Source: an uncultured Actinomycetes bacterium (lineage in GTDB: Bacteria; Actinomycetota; UBA4738; JBBDTT01). From it: a stretch of 64,000 bases of DNA. Positions 21,223 through 29,002 of this stretch are shown piece after piece; within the stretch, counting starts at the first letter, position 1, and every line of letters begins with the position of its first letter. Position numbers and translations under genes: made by a program. The stretch lies in contig CAVUMN010000003.1 of the NCBI GenBank assembly GCA_963742735.1, forward strand, positions 864,001 to 928,000, read 5' to 3'. The notes under the pieces were generated by a model. The model made no database searches, was not told where the DNA came from, and worked only from the letters and a program-made list of their open reading frames with translations.

Positions 21223-22176
21223 TCAGACCGTGCGCAGGTCCAGGGCCTCGACGACGCCCGAGACCGACAGGCCCGGCTCGGGCCCGCCGCCGATCACGAG
21301 CAGGACCGCGCCGGCCACGACCACCCCCAGCCCGTGCCGGGGGGTGGGCAGGTCCGGGAGCGCCGACCACGAGCGCCCCGTCGGGTCGTACGCCTCCACC
21401 TCGGCGAACGTTCCCGGCTGCTCCTCGCCCCCGGCGGCGATCACCAGGCCCGCTCCGGCGGCCGCGCCCAGGCCGCCACGGGCGGTCGGCAGGCCCGCCA
21501 CGACCTCCCACCGGCCGTTGGAGGGCACCAGCCGCTCCGTGGCGCTCAGGTTGCCGTCCATGCCGCCGACCCGGCCGCCCACCGCGTAGACGACCCCGTC
21601 GAGCGCGGTGACCGCCAGGTGCTCGCGCGCCACGATCAGGCCGCCGCCCAGCGTCCATCGCCCGGTGTCGACCTCGAGGACCATCGTCCGGTCGGCCAGC
21701 CCGTTCGGCCCGATGCCCCCGGCGACGAAGATCAGTCCATCGGTGTACGCGGCCCCTCCGGCCGCCCGCGCCTCGGGCATGGGATCCTCGAGCACGTCCC
21801 ACTCCCCGTCCCGGAACGCGAAGGCCCCCGCGGTGGGGTTGCGGTCCGAGTCGTAGCCGCCGAACACGTACACCGTCTCTCCGTCCGAGGCGGCCATCGC
21901 GTGGTCGACCGCCGCGGGCAGTGGCGGCCCCTCGGACCACTCGTCGGCGTCGACGTCGTAGAGCTCGACGATGTCGACGGTTGCCCCGCCGGCGTCGAAC
22001 CCCCCGGCGACCACGATCGTTCCGCCGGCGGCCGCGGCCGCGACCTCGGTGCGCGGCACGGCCATCGGCGCCAGCGTCTCCCAGGCCAGCCCCGCCGGGC
22101 CGTCCTCGATCCGGGTGCCTCCGTCACAACCGGCGGCCAGGGCCAGGGCGACCAGCACGGCGAACGCGCGTCTCAC
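21223..22176 (-). CDS. Kelch-repeat beta-propeller lipoprotein
   Basis: Lipobox LAAGC and about six repeats of hydrophobic-GG...Y/W (VVAGG, YVFGG, FVAGG, YAVGG, IAAGG, LVIGG). Confidence 0.88.
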   Translation of the reverse strand: MRRAFAVLVALALAAGCDGGTRIEDGPAGLAWETLAPMAVPRTEVAAAAAGGTIVVAGGFDAGGATVDIVELYDVDADEWSEGPPLPAAVDHAMAASDGETVYVFGGYDSDRNPTAGAFAFRDGEWDVLEDPMPEARAAGGAAYTDGLIFVAGGIGPNGLADRTMVLEVDTGRWTLGGGLIVAREHLAVTALDGVVYAVGGRVGGMDGNLSATERLVPSNGRWEVVAGLPTARGGLGAAAGAGLVIAAGGEEQPGTFAEVEAYDPTGRSWSALPDLPTPRHGLGVVVAGAVLLVIGGGPEPGLSVSGVVEALDLRTV

Positions 22177-22853
22177 GCGTCATTCATACCCGCATAGCCG
22201 CGCCACAGCGAGGAGGCGTCGCTCAATCCGAGGGAGGTCTTGTGCTCCGCGCGGACCAGGCCGACCGAAGCCCAGGCCTCGTCGAGGACCGCCAGCACAT
22301 CGGACGGCGCCCGGTGCCCGGGATCGACCAGCAGGTCGTCGACCCAGCGCGCGAACCGGAGGCCGGCGCGGCGCAGGGCCGAGTCGGCGGATCCCAGCAC
22401 CGCGTTGGCGAACAGGGCCGAGGGCTCGGGGCCCACCGGGAGCCCGGGGATTCCCTGCTCGTTCCACGCCCCGGCGGCCCGGGCCGCCCTCGCGGCCGCC
22501 TCGCGGGACACCCCCGCCCGTCGCAGGCTCGACTCGAGCGCCCCGGGCCGGATGGAGCCGTAGCAGTCGCGGACGTCGGTCCGCACGAGCGTCTCCGAGC
22601 TCGCGGCCAGGCAGGCGGCCACCTCTCGGGCGACCCGCAGGGCCGGACGCACCGGCCGCAGGGCTCCCCCCGCGATGTCCCACCGGTTGCCCAGCACCTC
22701 GGGACCGAGCCATCGCTCGACGGCCGGCGCGGCCGCGTTCGCCAGACCGAGCCAGACGCGGGCGTCGCGCGGCGAGAGCTCGGTCATGAGCCGGTGACCC
22801 CCCGCCGGCTTCGGGATCGTGTACGTACGCGGCGCGGTGGCCGTCGCGGACAT
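22173..22853 (-). CDS. Compact stand-alone reverse transcriptase-like protein (fingers and palm only, UG/Abi-like)
   Basis: RT motifs in order: IPKPAGGHR, RTDVRDCYGSI, GLPVGPEPSALFANAVL, FARWVDDLLV, GLVRAEHKT. SD GGGGGAGG lies upstream of the ATG. Confidence 0.8.
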   Translation of the reverse strand: MSATATAPRTYTIPKPAGGHRLMTELSPRDARVWLGLANAAAPAVERWLGPEVLGNRWDIAGGALRPVRPALRVAREVAACLAASSETLVRTDVRDCYGSIRPGALESSLRRAGVSREAAARAARAAGAWNEQGIPGLPVGPEPSALFANAVLGSADSALRRAGLRFARWVDDLLVDPGHRAPSDVLAVLDEAWASVGLVRAEHKTSLGLSDASSLWRGYAGMNDA

Positions 22854-22855
22854 CG

Positions 22856-22885
22856 GGCCTCCCCCAGTCGAGCCGGGAGGAGGCC
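22856..22885 (-). promoter_or_regulatory. Hairpin sequestering the Shine-Dalgarno of the RT gene
   Basis: GGCCUCC-U-CCCGG-CUCGA-CUGGG-GGAGGCC: a 12-bp stem whose 3' arm is the SD. Confidence 0.6.
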
Positions 22886-22947
22886 GGCGGTGCGATTTCT
22901 ACCGGAGGACGCGGGGGCGGCACATCGCCCGGCCGGGTGGAACCTGG

Positions 22948-22966
22948 GGCCCCCGGTGGGGGGGCC
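22948..22966 (-). terminator. GC hairpin just after the kamA stop (possible terminator, no U-tract)
   Basis: GGCCCCC-CCACC-GGGGGCC, 9 nt downstream of the kamA TAG. Confidence 0.4.
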
Positions 22967-22975
22967 GGCGCTCCC

Positions 22976-24382
22976 CTAGGCGGGGGCGCCCGCGGCCACG
23001 ACCTCGGCGGCGTGGATCCGCCACCACTCCCGGCCCGCCTCGGGGAGGGTCCGGATCGGGTCGTAGTACGGGTACCGGCGGGCGAGCGCCTCGGGGTCGT
23101 CGTACTCGATCCCGGTGCGGTAGTTCTTGGTCCAGTACGAGATCCCGCGCTCGCGGTCGTACTCGTCGACCTGGTGGACCCAGCGCTTGCCCACGAAGGG
23201 GACGTCGCACACGATCCGCGGCGTCGCGAACCCGGGCAGGTACCCCATGATCGCGTGCTGGAGCTCCTGCGCCTCCCACACCGGCGTCCGCCAGTGCTCG
23301 GCGTTCGGGATCATGTCGCACATGTAGAAGTAGTAGGGCATGACCTTCGCCCGATCCAGGAGCGTGAAGCACAGGTCCAGGAGCTCCTTCGCCGAGGTGT
23401 TCACGCCCCGCATCAGCACTCCCTGATTGCGGACGTCGCGAAAGCCCACGTCGAGGAGCACGCGCACGGCCTTCGCCACGAGCGGCGTGACCTGGTTCGC
23501 GTGATTGACGTGGACGTGCAGCGCGAGGTCGACCCCCCGCTCGCGGGACTTGGCCGCCAGACGCTCGAGCCCGGCCATGACCTCCGGCTGCAGGAAGTGC
23601 TGGGGCAGCCCCATGAGCGCCTTCGACGCCAGCCGGATGTCGCGGATGTTCTCGATGTCCATGAGCGCGGACACGAACCCCTCCAGCCGCGCGATGGGGA
23701 GGTTGGCCACGTCGCCGCCACTGACCACCACATCGCGGACCGACGGAGTCCGGCGCAGGTAGTCGAGCATCGCGTCGTGACGGTCGGGCTGCTTCAGCTC
23801 GAACTTGTACTTCGCGATCAGGGGGGTGCTGTTGCCGACCAGGTCCATCCGGGTGCAGTGGCCGCAGTACTGCGGGCACGTGGAGAGCATCTCGGCGAGC
23901 ACCTTCGTCGGGTAGCGGTGGGTGAGGCCCTCCACCGCCCACATGTCGGCCTCGTGCAGCGAGTCGCGGCTGGACATGGGATGCGACATCCACTCCGCGT
24001 CGCGATCGCTCGCCGCGGGGATCATGTAGCGGCGCACGGGGTCCGCGTACAGGTCTCGCTCGTCCATCGTGTTGAGCATCTGCGGCGGCAGGAGCATCGA
24101 CATCGTGGCCAGCCGTTCCTGGTCGGCGGCGATGTCCGCCGCGAGGTCCTCGGTGAGGAGGGGACCGAGGGCTTCCTTGAGCTCGCCGAGGTTCTTGATC
24201 GAGTGGGTGCGCTGCCACTGCGCGCTCTCCCACTGCTCGGCCGTCACGTCCCGGTAGCCGGGGAGCCGCCGCCAGTCGGGCTCGGCGAACTCGCGCTGGA
24301 GGGGGTAGACGAAGGGCTGCTCGGCCGCGTGGGCGCGGATCTCCCGGTGGCCGGGCCGGTCGGTGTTTCGGGTGAGCGTCAT
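22976..24382 (-). CDS. kamA: Lysine 2,3-aminomutase (KamA-family radical SAM)
   Basis: THRYPTKVL, CPQYCGHC, SGGD, NQGVLMRGVN, PYYFYMCD, GKRWV. Confidence 0.9.
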   Translation of the reverse strand: MTLTRNTDRPGHREIRAHAAEQPFVYPLQREFAEPDWRRLPGYRDVTAEQWESAQWQRTHSIKNLGELKEALGPLLTEDLAADIAADQERLATMSMLLPPQMLNTMDERDLYADPVRRYMIPAASDRDAEWMSHPMSSRDSLHEADMWAVEGLTHRYPTKVLAEMLSTCPQYCGHCTRMDLVGNSTPLIAKYKFELKQPDRHDAMLDYLRRTPSVRDVVVSGGDVANLPIARLEGFVSALMDIENIRDIRLASKALMGLPQHFLQPEVMAGLERLAAKSRERGVDLALHVHVNHANQVTPLVAKAVRVLLDVGFRDVRNQGVLMRGVNTSAKELLDLCFTLLDRAKVMPYYFYMCDMIPNAEHWRTPVWEAQELQHAIMGYLPGFATPRIVCDVPFVGKRWVHQVDEYDRERGISYWTKNYRTGIEYDDPEALARRYPYYDPIRTLPEAGREWWRIHAAEVVAAGAPA

Positions 24383-24416
24383 CGATCCCCCGTCGAAGGA
24401 CGTTGCCTGTTTAGCA

Positions 24417-24472
24417 ATGGTAGCAGGACGCCATCCGGCGGCAAGAGCATTATTCCGAATATCCTTCGGAAT
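24417..24472 (-). promoter_or_regulatory. kamA promoter with an upstream palindromic operator
   Basis: Minus strand: TTGCCG (24439-24444), 16 nt, then extended -10 TGC-TACCAT (24417-24422). Perfect inverted repeat ATTCCGAA-N5-TTCGGAAT at 24452-24472. Confidence 0.6.
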
Positions 24473-24481
24473 CCGGGGCGT

Positions 24482-25489
24482 TCAGGGCGATCCGGCCGCG
24501 TACCGCTCCTCGAACAGCCGGCGCAGGTCGGGGTGGGTCCGGAGCAGGTCCAGCGCCAGCTCCGCGTGGCCCGGCACGTATCCGGACCCGATCTGCATCT
24601 GCACGTCGCGAGCCATCCCCTCCGCCGAGAGCGCCGCCGCGGTGAAGGACGTGGCCATCGAGAAGAACAGGACGGTCCCGCCCTCCTCGGCCAGAAGGAT
24701 GGACGTGCTTTCCGTACCGGGCACGTTCACGCAGTTGACCACCAGCTCCGCGCGCTCGGGAGCGGTCTCCAGGGCGGCCGCCGGATCGGTCGCGTCGGTA
24801 ACGAAGGACTCGAACCCCAGTGCCCGCACCTCGTCGGCCTCAGCCTGGGACCGAACCAGCGCGAATGCCCTCGCCCCCGCATCCCGCGCGGCGAACAGGG
24901 AGAGCACGCCGGACTTGCCGGCCCCGCCGATCACCAAGACGCGGGCCTTCCCTCGGGCAAGCCTGGCCACCTGTGCCGGCGCGCCGGCGACGTCGAGCAC
25001 GGCCAGCGACAGCGCGTCGGGGACGTCGGCCGGCAGCTTCGCGTACAGGCCGTCCTCGAACAGGATCGCGTACCCCTCGGCCGGTACCTGCTCGGACTGG
25101 CCGTCCCACCCGGCCACCGAGTACAGCACGAGCGGGGTGAGGGTCAGGGAGACGAGCGTGGCGATGCGGTCGCCCCGCCTCGGTTGGACTCGGCCCTCCC
25201 CCACCCCGGCGACGGTCCCGATCAGCATCCCGCCAGAGCCCGTCACCGGGTTGTGCATCTTCCCGCGAGCCTTGACGATCGAGACCACCCGCATCCGCAG
25301 CTCCTCGGGGTGGCCGCCCGTCTCCTCCAGGAGCTGATGGAAGGACGCCGCGTCCAGGTTCAGCCGCTCGACGTCGATCATCACCTCGCCGTCGCGGAGC
25401 GGGAGCGAGGTGTCCAGGACCTCGGCCTGCTGGGGCAGGACGCCCTTCGGCGAGAGGACGCGGTCCAGTCCGTGGGCGGTGGCCTCCAT
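24482..25489 (-). CDS. kdd: L-erythro-3,5-diaminohexanoate dehydrogenase
   Basis: NLDAASF, RGKMHNPVTGSGGMLIG, TLVSLTLTP, DVAGAPAQ, GGAGKSG, FFSMATSF. Confidence 0.9.
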   Translation of the reverse strand: MEATAHGLDRVLSPKGVLPQQAEVLDTSLPLRDGEVMIDVERLNLDAASFHQLLEETGGHPEELRMRVVSIVKARGKMHNPVTGSGGMLIGTVAGVGEGRVQPRRGDRIATLVSLTLTPLVLYSVAGWDGQSEQVPAEGYAILFEDGLYAKLPADVPDALSLAVLDVAGAPAQVARLARGKARVLVIGGAGKSGVLSLFAARDAGARAFALVRSQAEADEVRALGFESFVTDATDPAAALETAPERAELVVNCVNVPGTESTSILLAEEGGTVLFFSMATSFTAAALSAEGMARDVQMQIGSGYVPGHAELALDLLRTHPDLRRLFEERYAAGSP

Positions 25490-25512
25490 GGGCCAGACAG
25501 TATCCTCCGGCC

Positions 25513-25953
25513 GTGGACCAGAAGGACCTGGCGATCGTCGCCGCGCTGCAGGCGGACTCCCGTTCGACGTACGCGGAGATCGGCAAGGGCGTCGGGCTGT
25601 CGGCCTCCTCGGTCCACGACCGGGTTCGCAAGCTCGAGGAGTCCGGGGTGATCCGCGGGTACGGGGCGAGCGTGAGCCCCGAGGGCATCGGGCTGAACGT
25701 CACCGCGCTCGTCTCCGTGGTGCCGCTCGACCCGACGCAGCCCGACGACATCCCCGAGCGCGTGGTGGGGTTCACCGAGATCGAGGACTGCTACTCGGTG
25801 GCCGGCGCCGAGAATTACGTCCTGAAGGTCCGCACCCGGACCACGGCCGACCTCGAGGCGTTCCTCGGCCGCCTCCGGGAGGAGGTCGGCGTCCAGACCC
25901 GCACGACGGTCGTCCTCTCGATCCCGTTCGAGGGCCGCCCCGTCACGCCCTAG
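25513..25953 (+). CDS. Lrp/AsnC family transcriptional regulator
   Basis: HTH YAEIGKGVGLSASSVHDRVRKLEESGVIRGY and RAM domain CYSVAG. Divergent from kdd. Confidence 0.93.
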   Translation: MDQKDLAIVAALQADSRSTYAEIGKGVGLSASSVHDRVRKLEESGVIRGYGASVSPEGIGLNVTALVSVVPLDPTQPDDIPERVVGFTEIEDCYSVAGAENYVLKVRTRTTADLEAFLGRLREEVGVQTRTTVVLSIPFEGRPVTP

Positions 25954-27137
25954 CCGCCCACCTCGGGGATCGCCGCCGGCGGGGACGGGCCCGCCCGGGC
26001 GGGCGTGTCTGCCCGTGCGCGGAGGATCACCAGGCCGACGACGGCCGCCGCCCCACCCGCCAGGAACGCGCCGAAGTTCGCGTCGACCAGCCGGACGGCG
26101 AGTCCCGCCGAGACCGGCCCGATCCCGAACCCCAGGTCCACGAACGCGGTGAACGTCCCCACCACCGCCGCCCGCTGCGACGCCGGTGCCCGCGAGACGG
26201 CCATCGTCATCAGGGCCGGGAAGGCCAGCGACTGCCCGAGCGCCAGGATCGCGGTGCCCACGTACAGCCCGATCGCGGTCTCCCACGCGGCCATCAGGCC
26301 GAGGCCGATGGCGGTCGAGCCCAGGGAGACCGTGGCCGTTCGTCTCGAGCCCCACGCGTCCGGGATCCGCGCACCGAACAGCCGCACCAGCACGATCAGC
26401 GAGGCGTACATCAGGAACACGTAGCGTGAGCCCGAGAGCCCGACGTCGCGCGCGTGCAGGGGCACGAACGTCTCGTAGGCGGCGAAGCCCCACACGCTCG
26501 CCCAGATCACGATGCCGGGGGCGAGGGCGGCGGGGTGGATCAGCCGGGAGTGCTCGTCGGTCGCCTCCGGGCGCGTGTCGGGGACGCGCAGGCCGAGGGC
26601 GCCGGCGATCACCATCCCGGCGCCCGCCACCAGCCACACCCGGGCGAAGTGGTCGTCCCCGACCAGCAGCTCCCCCAGCAGCGGCCCGACCGCGATCCCG
26701 ACGTACAGCCCGAGCGAGAAGTACGAGACCGCCTCGCCGCGCCGCTCGTCCGGGGCCAGGTCGGCCGCCGCCGTCGCGGCGCCGGTGAAGAATGCGGCCT
26801 CCCCGATCCCGCCGAGGACACGCATGGCGATGAGCACCGGCAGCGACTCGGCGATGGCGTAGCCGGCCACGGAGATCCCCGCCAGGGCCGCACCTCCGGC
26901 GATCAGCAGCCGGCGGCCCCGTCGGTCGCCGAACCTGCCCACGAACGGACGGACCAGGATCGCGGCCACGCTGAACATTCCGGCGGCCACCCCTACCGCC
27001 ACCGCCCCGCCGGCGAGCGGGCCCTTCACGAACAGCGGGAACAGCGGCAGGGTCATCCCCACCGAGACGAAGTACGCCAGCGTCGCGGCGAGGATCGCCA
27101 GGAACGCCGGCGTCAGGAGGGTGGGCCGGCGGCTCAC
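25950..27137 (-). CDS. MFS transporter
   Basis: About 12 hydrophobic segments and motif A GRFGDRRGRR. Confidence 0.9.
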   Translation of the reverse strand: MSRRPTLLTPAFLAILAATLAYFVSVGMTLPLFPLFVKGPLAGGAVAVGVAAGMFSVAAILVRPFVGRFGDRRGRRLLIAGGAALAGISVAGYAIAESLPVLIAMRVLGGIGEAAFFTGAATAAADLAPDERRGEAVSYFSLGLYVGIAVGPLLGELLVGDDHFARVWLVAGAGMVIAGALGLRVPDTRPEATDEHSRLIHPAALAPGIVIWASVWGFAAYETFVPLHARDVGLSGSRYVFLMYASLIVLVRLFGARIPDAWGSRRTATVSLGSTAIGLGLMAAWETAIGLYVGTAILALGQSLAFPALMTMAVSRAPASQRAAVVGTFTAFVDLGFGIGPVSAGLAVRLVDANFGAFLAGGAAAVVGLVILRARADTPARAGPSPPAAIPEVGG

Positions 27138-28282
27138 GCCGTCCCGGAGGCCAGCCGCCGTCCGATGATGTAGCGCTGGATCTGGTTTGTGCCCTCCACG
27201 ATCTGGAGGGCCTTCGCCTCGCGCATGTACCGCTCGACCGGGTACTCGGCCATGTAGCCGTACCCGCCGAAGATCTGGACCGCGTCGGTGGTGACCCGCA
27301 TCGCCGTGTCGCTCGCCAGGAGCTTCGACATCGCCGCACCCAAGGTCGAGTCGGCGCCCGAGTCCCGCACGCGCGCCGCCTCCCGGTACAGCCGCCGGCT
27401 GGCCTCGATCGAGACCGCCATGTCCGCCAGCATGAACTGGACCCCCTCGAACTCCGCGATCGGCTTGCCGAACTGCGCCCGGTCGCGCGCGTAGGCCACC
27501 GCCGCGTCGAACGCGCCGTGGGCGAGCCCCGTGGAGCAGGCCGCGATCCCCAGCCGTCCGCCGTCGAGCGCGGCAAGGGCGATCTTGAACCCGTCGCCCT
27601 CCGACCCGATGAGGTTCTCGGCCGGCACCTCGCACCCCTCGAAGAGCAGCTCGCGCATCGGCGAGGACGTCCAGCCCATCTTCTCCTCGAGCTTGCCGAA
27701 CTCGAACCCCGGCCAGCCCTTCTCGACGGCGAACGCCGAGACGCCGGCCGCGCCCTCGCCGCCGGTGCGCGCCATGACCAGGTAGTACTCCGCCTCCCCG
27801 CCGTGGGTGATGAACCGCTTCGCGCCGGTGAGCCGGTAGACGCCGTCCGAGCGCTCCGCGCGGGCCTTGAGCGCCGCGGCGTCCGAGCCGCTGGACGCCT
27901 CCGACAGCGCGTAGGCCCCGAGCCACTCCGCCGAGCACAGACGCGGGAGGTAGGTGGCCTTCAGGTCGTCGGAGCCGAACGCGTGCAGGGCGAACGACGA
28001 GAGGTGATGGACGGAGATGGCGATCGAGAGCGCGAGGTAGGTCGTGGCGACCTCCTCCAGGACCAGAAGGTACGAGAGGAACGACTGCCCGCCGCCCCCG
28101 TAGGCCTCGTCCCATGGGATGCCGGCGAGCCCCATCTCCCCCAGCTCACGGAACAGCTCGCGCGGGAACGTCTTCTTGGCCTCGTGGTCGGCCGAAGCGG
28201 GGCCCGCTCGGTCCTGCGCGAACGCCCGCACGACCCGAACCAGCTCCCGCTGCTCCTCGTCGAGCCCGAAGTCCCGGTCCAC
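27134..28282 (-). CDS. Acyl-CoA dehydrogenase (short-chain/butyryl-CoA-like)
   Basis: ALSEASSGSD, GAKRFITHG, EKMG, RAQFGKPI, QIFGGYGY, IVEGTNQIQR. Confidence 0.92.
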   Translation of the reverse strand: MDRDFGLDEEQRELVRVVRAFAQDRAGPASADHEAKKTFPRELFRELGEMGLAGIPWDEAYGGGGQSFLSYLLVLEEVATTYLALSIAISVHHLSSFALHAFGSDDLKATYLPRLCSAEWLGAYALSEASSGSDAAALKARAERSDGVYRLTGAKRFITHGGEAEYYLVMARTGGEGAAGVSAFAVEKGWPGFEFGKLEEKMGWTSSPMRELLFEGCEVPAENLIGSEGDGFKIALAALDGGRLGIAACSTGLAHGAFDAAVAYARDRAQFGKPIAEFEGVQFMLADMAVSIEASRRLYREAARVRDSGADSTLGAAMSKLLASDTAMRVTTDAVQIFGGYGYMAEYPVERYMREAKALQIVEGTNQIQRYIIGRRLASGTA

Positions 28283-28335
28283 GGCCGGGAGCCTAGTGGA
28301 GGCCACCACGCGGCGCGCGAAGAATCTGAACCGAC

Positions 28336-28965
28336 ATGCCGGCGGCAAGCGCACAGGCGCGGATCTCGGTCGCGGTCGCCACCCTCCTGCTGGCCGCGCT
28401 GGCCTCGCTCACGACCAGGCGCCACCTTCGACGACGGTTCCCGGACTCGTTCGGCGCCGTCTATCGTCTTCCGTGGTCCCGTCAGGTGCGCGTCATGAAC
28501 GCCGTCGGCCTCGGAGGCCGAGTGACGAATCCTGAGGATGCACCCGTCGCGGTTGAGGTGGCGAGAACGCTGCAGGAACACCCGTGGTGGTTCGCGCTGA
28601 CGAATCTGGCCGTGGGCGTCCCGGCGTTCCTCGGCCTCGTGTGGGCGATCGGTCTCAGGGTTCCGGCGCTCGTCCTCGTCGCGATGGGGCTGGCCGTGCT
28701 GGGGGTGGGCGCCCCCTTCGCCGCGTGGCTCATCAGGCGAACCGCGAGCGCCGCGGAGCGGTCCAACCTGGACGGTTGGGATTCCCGGAGTGCCCCGGAG
28801 CCAAAGGTCCCGCTGCCGCGACGGCTTCTGGTGATCGCGAGCGCGGTTGCGGGCCTCGCCGGCCTCGGATCGTTCGTCGTCGAAGGTCCGGCGGCCGGGC
28901 TCCGGGCCCTGGTGTGGATGTCGCTCTGTTGCGGGTTCCTTCTCTGGGTCTGGCGCCTCCGCTGA
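28336..28965 (+). CDS. Hypothetical membrane protein
   Basis: Several TM segments and somewhat atypical codon usage. Confidence 0.5.
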   Translation: MPAASAQARISVAVATLLLAALASLTTRRHLRRRFPDSFGAVYRLPWSRQVRVMNAVGLGGRVTNPEDAPVAVEVARTLQEHPWWFALTNLAVGVPAFLGLVWAIGLRVPALVLVAMGLAVLGVGAPFAAWLIRRTASAAERSNLDGWDSRSAPEPKVPLPRRLLVIASAVAGLAGLGSFVVEGPAAGLRALVWMSLCCGFLLWVWRLR

Positions 28966-29002
28966 CTGAATCCCGGTCACGCCGCCTCGGTATGCTGGAC
29001 TC

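Noticed and set aside
21223-22975. RT as a group II intron, DGR, retron or CRISPR-associated RT
   Set aside because: No maturase X/thumb or domain V-like RNA, no TR/VR repeat pair or avd seen, no retron VTG motif, and no cas genes or arrays. The flanking genes are intact.
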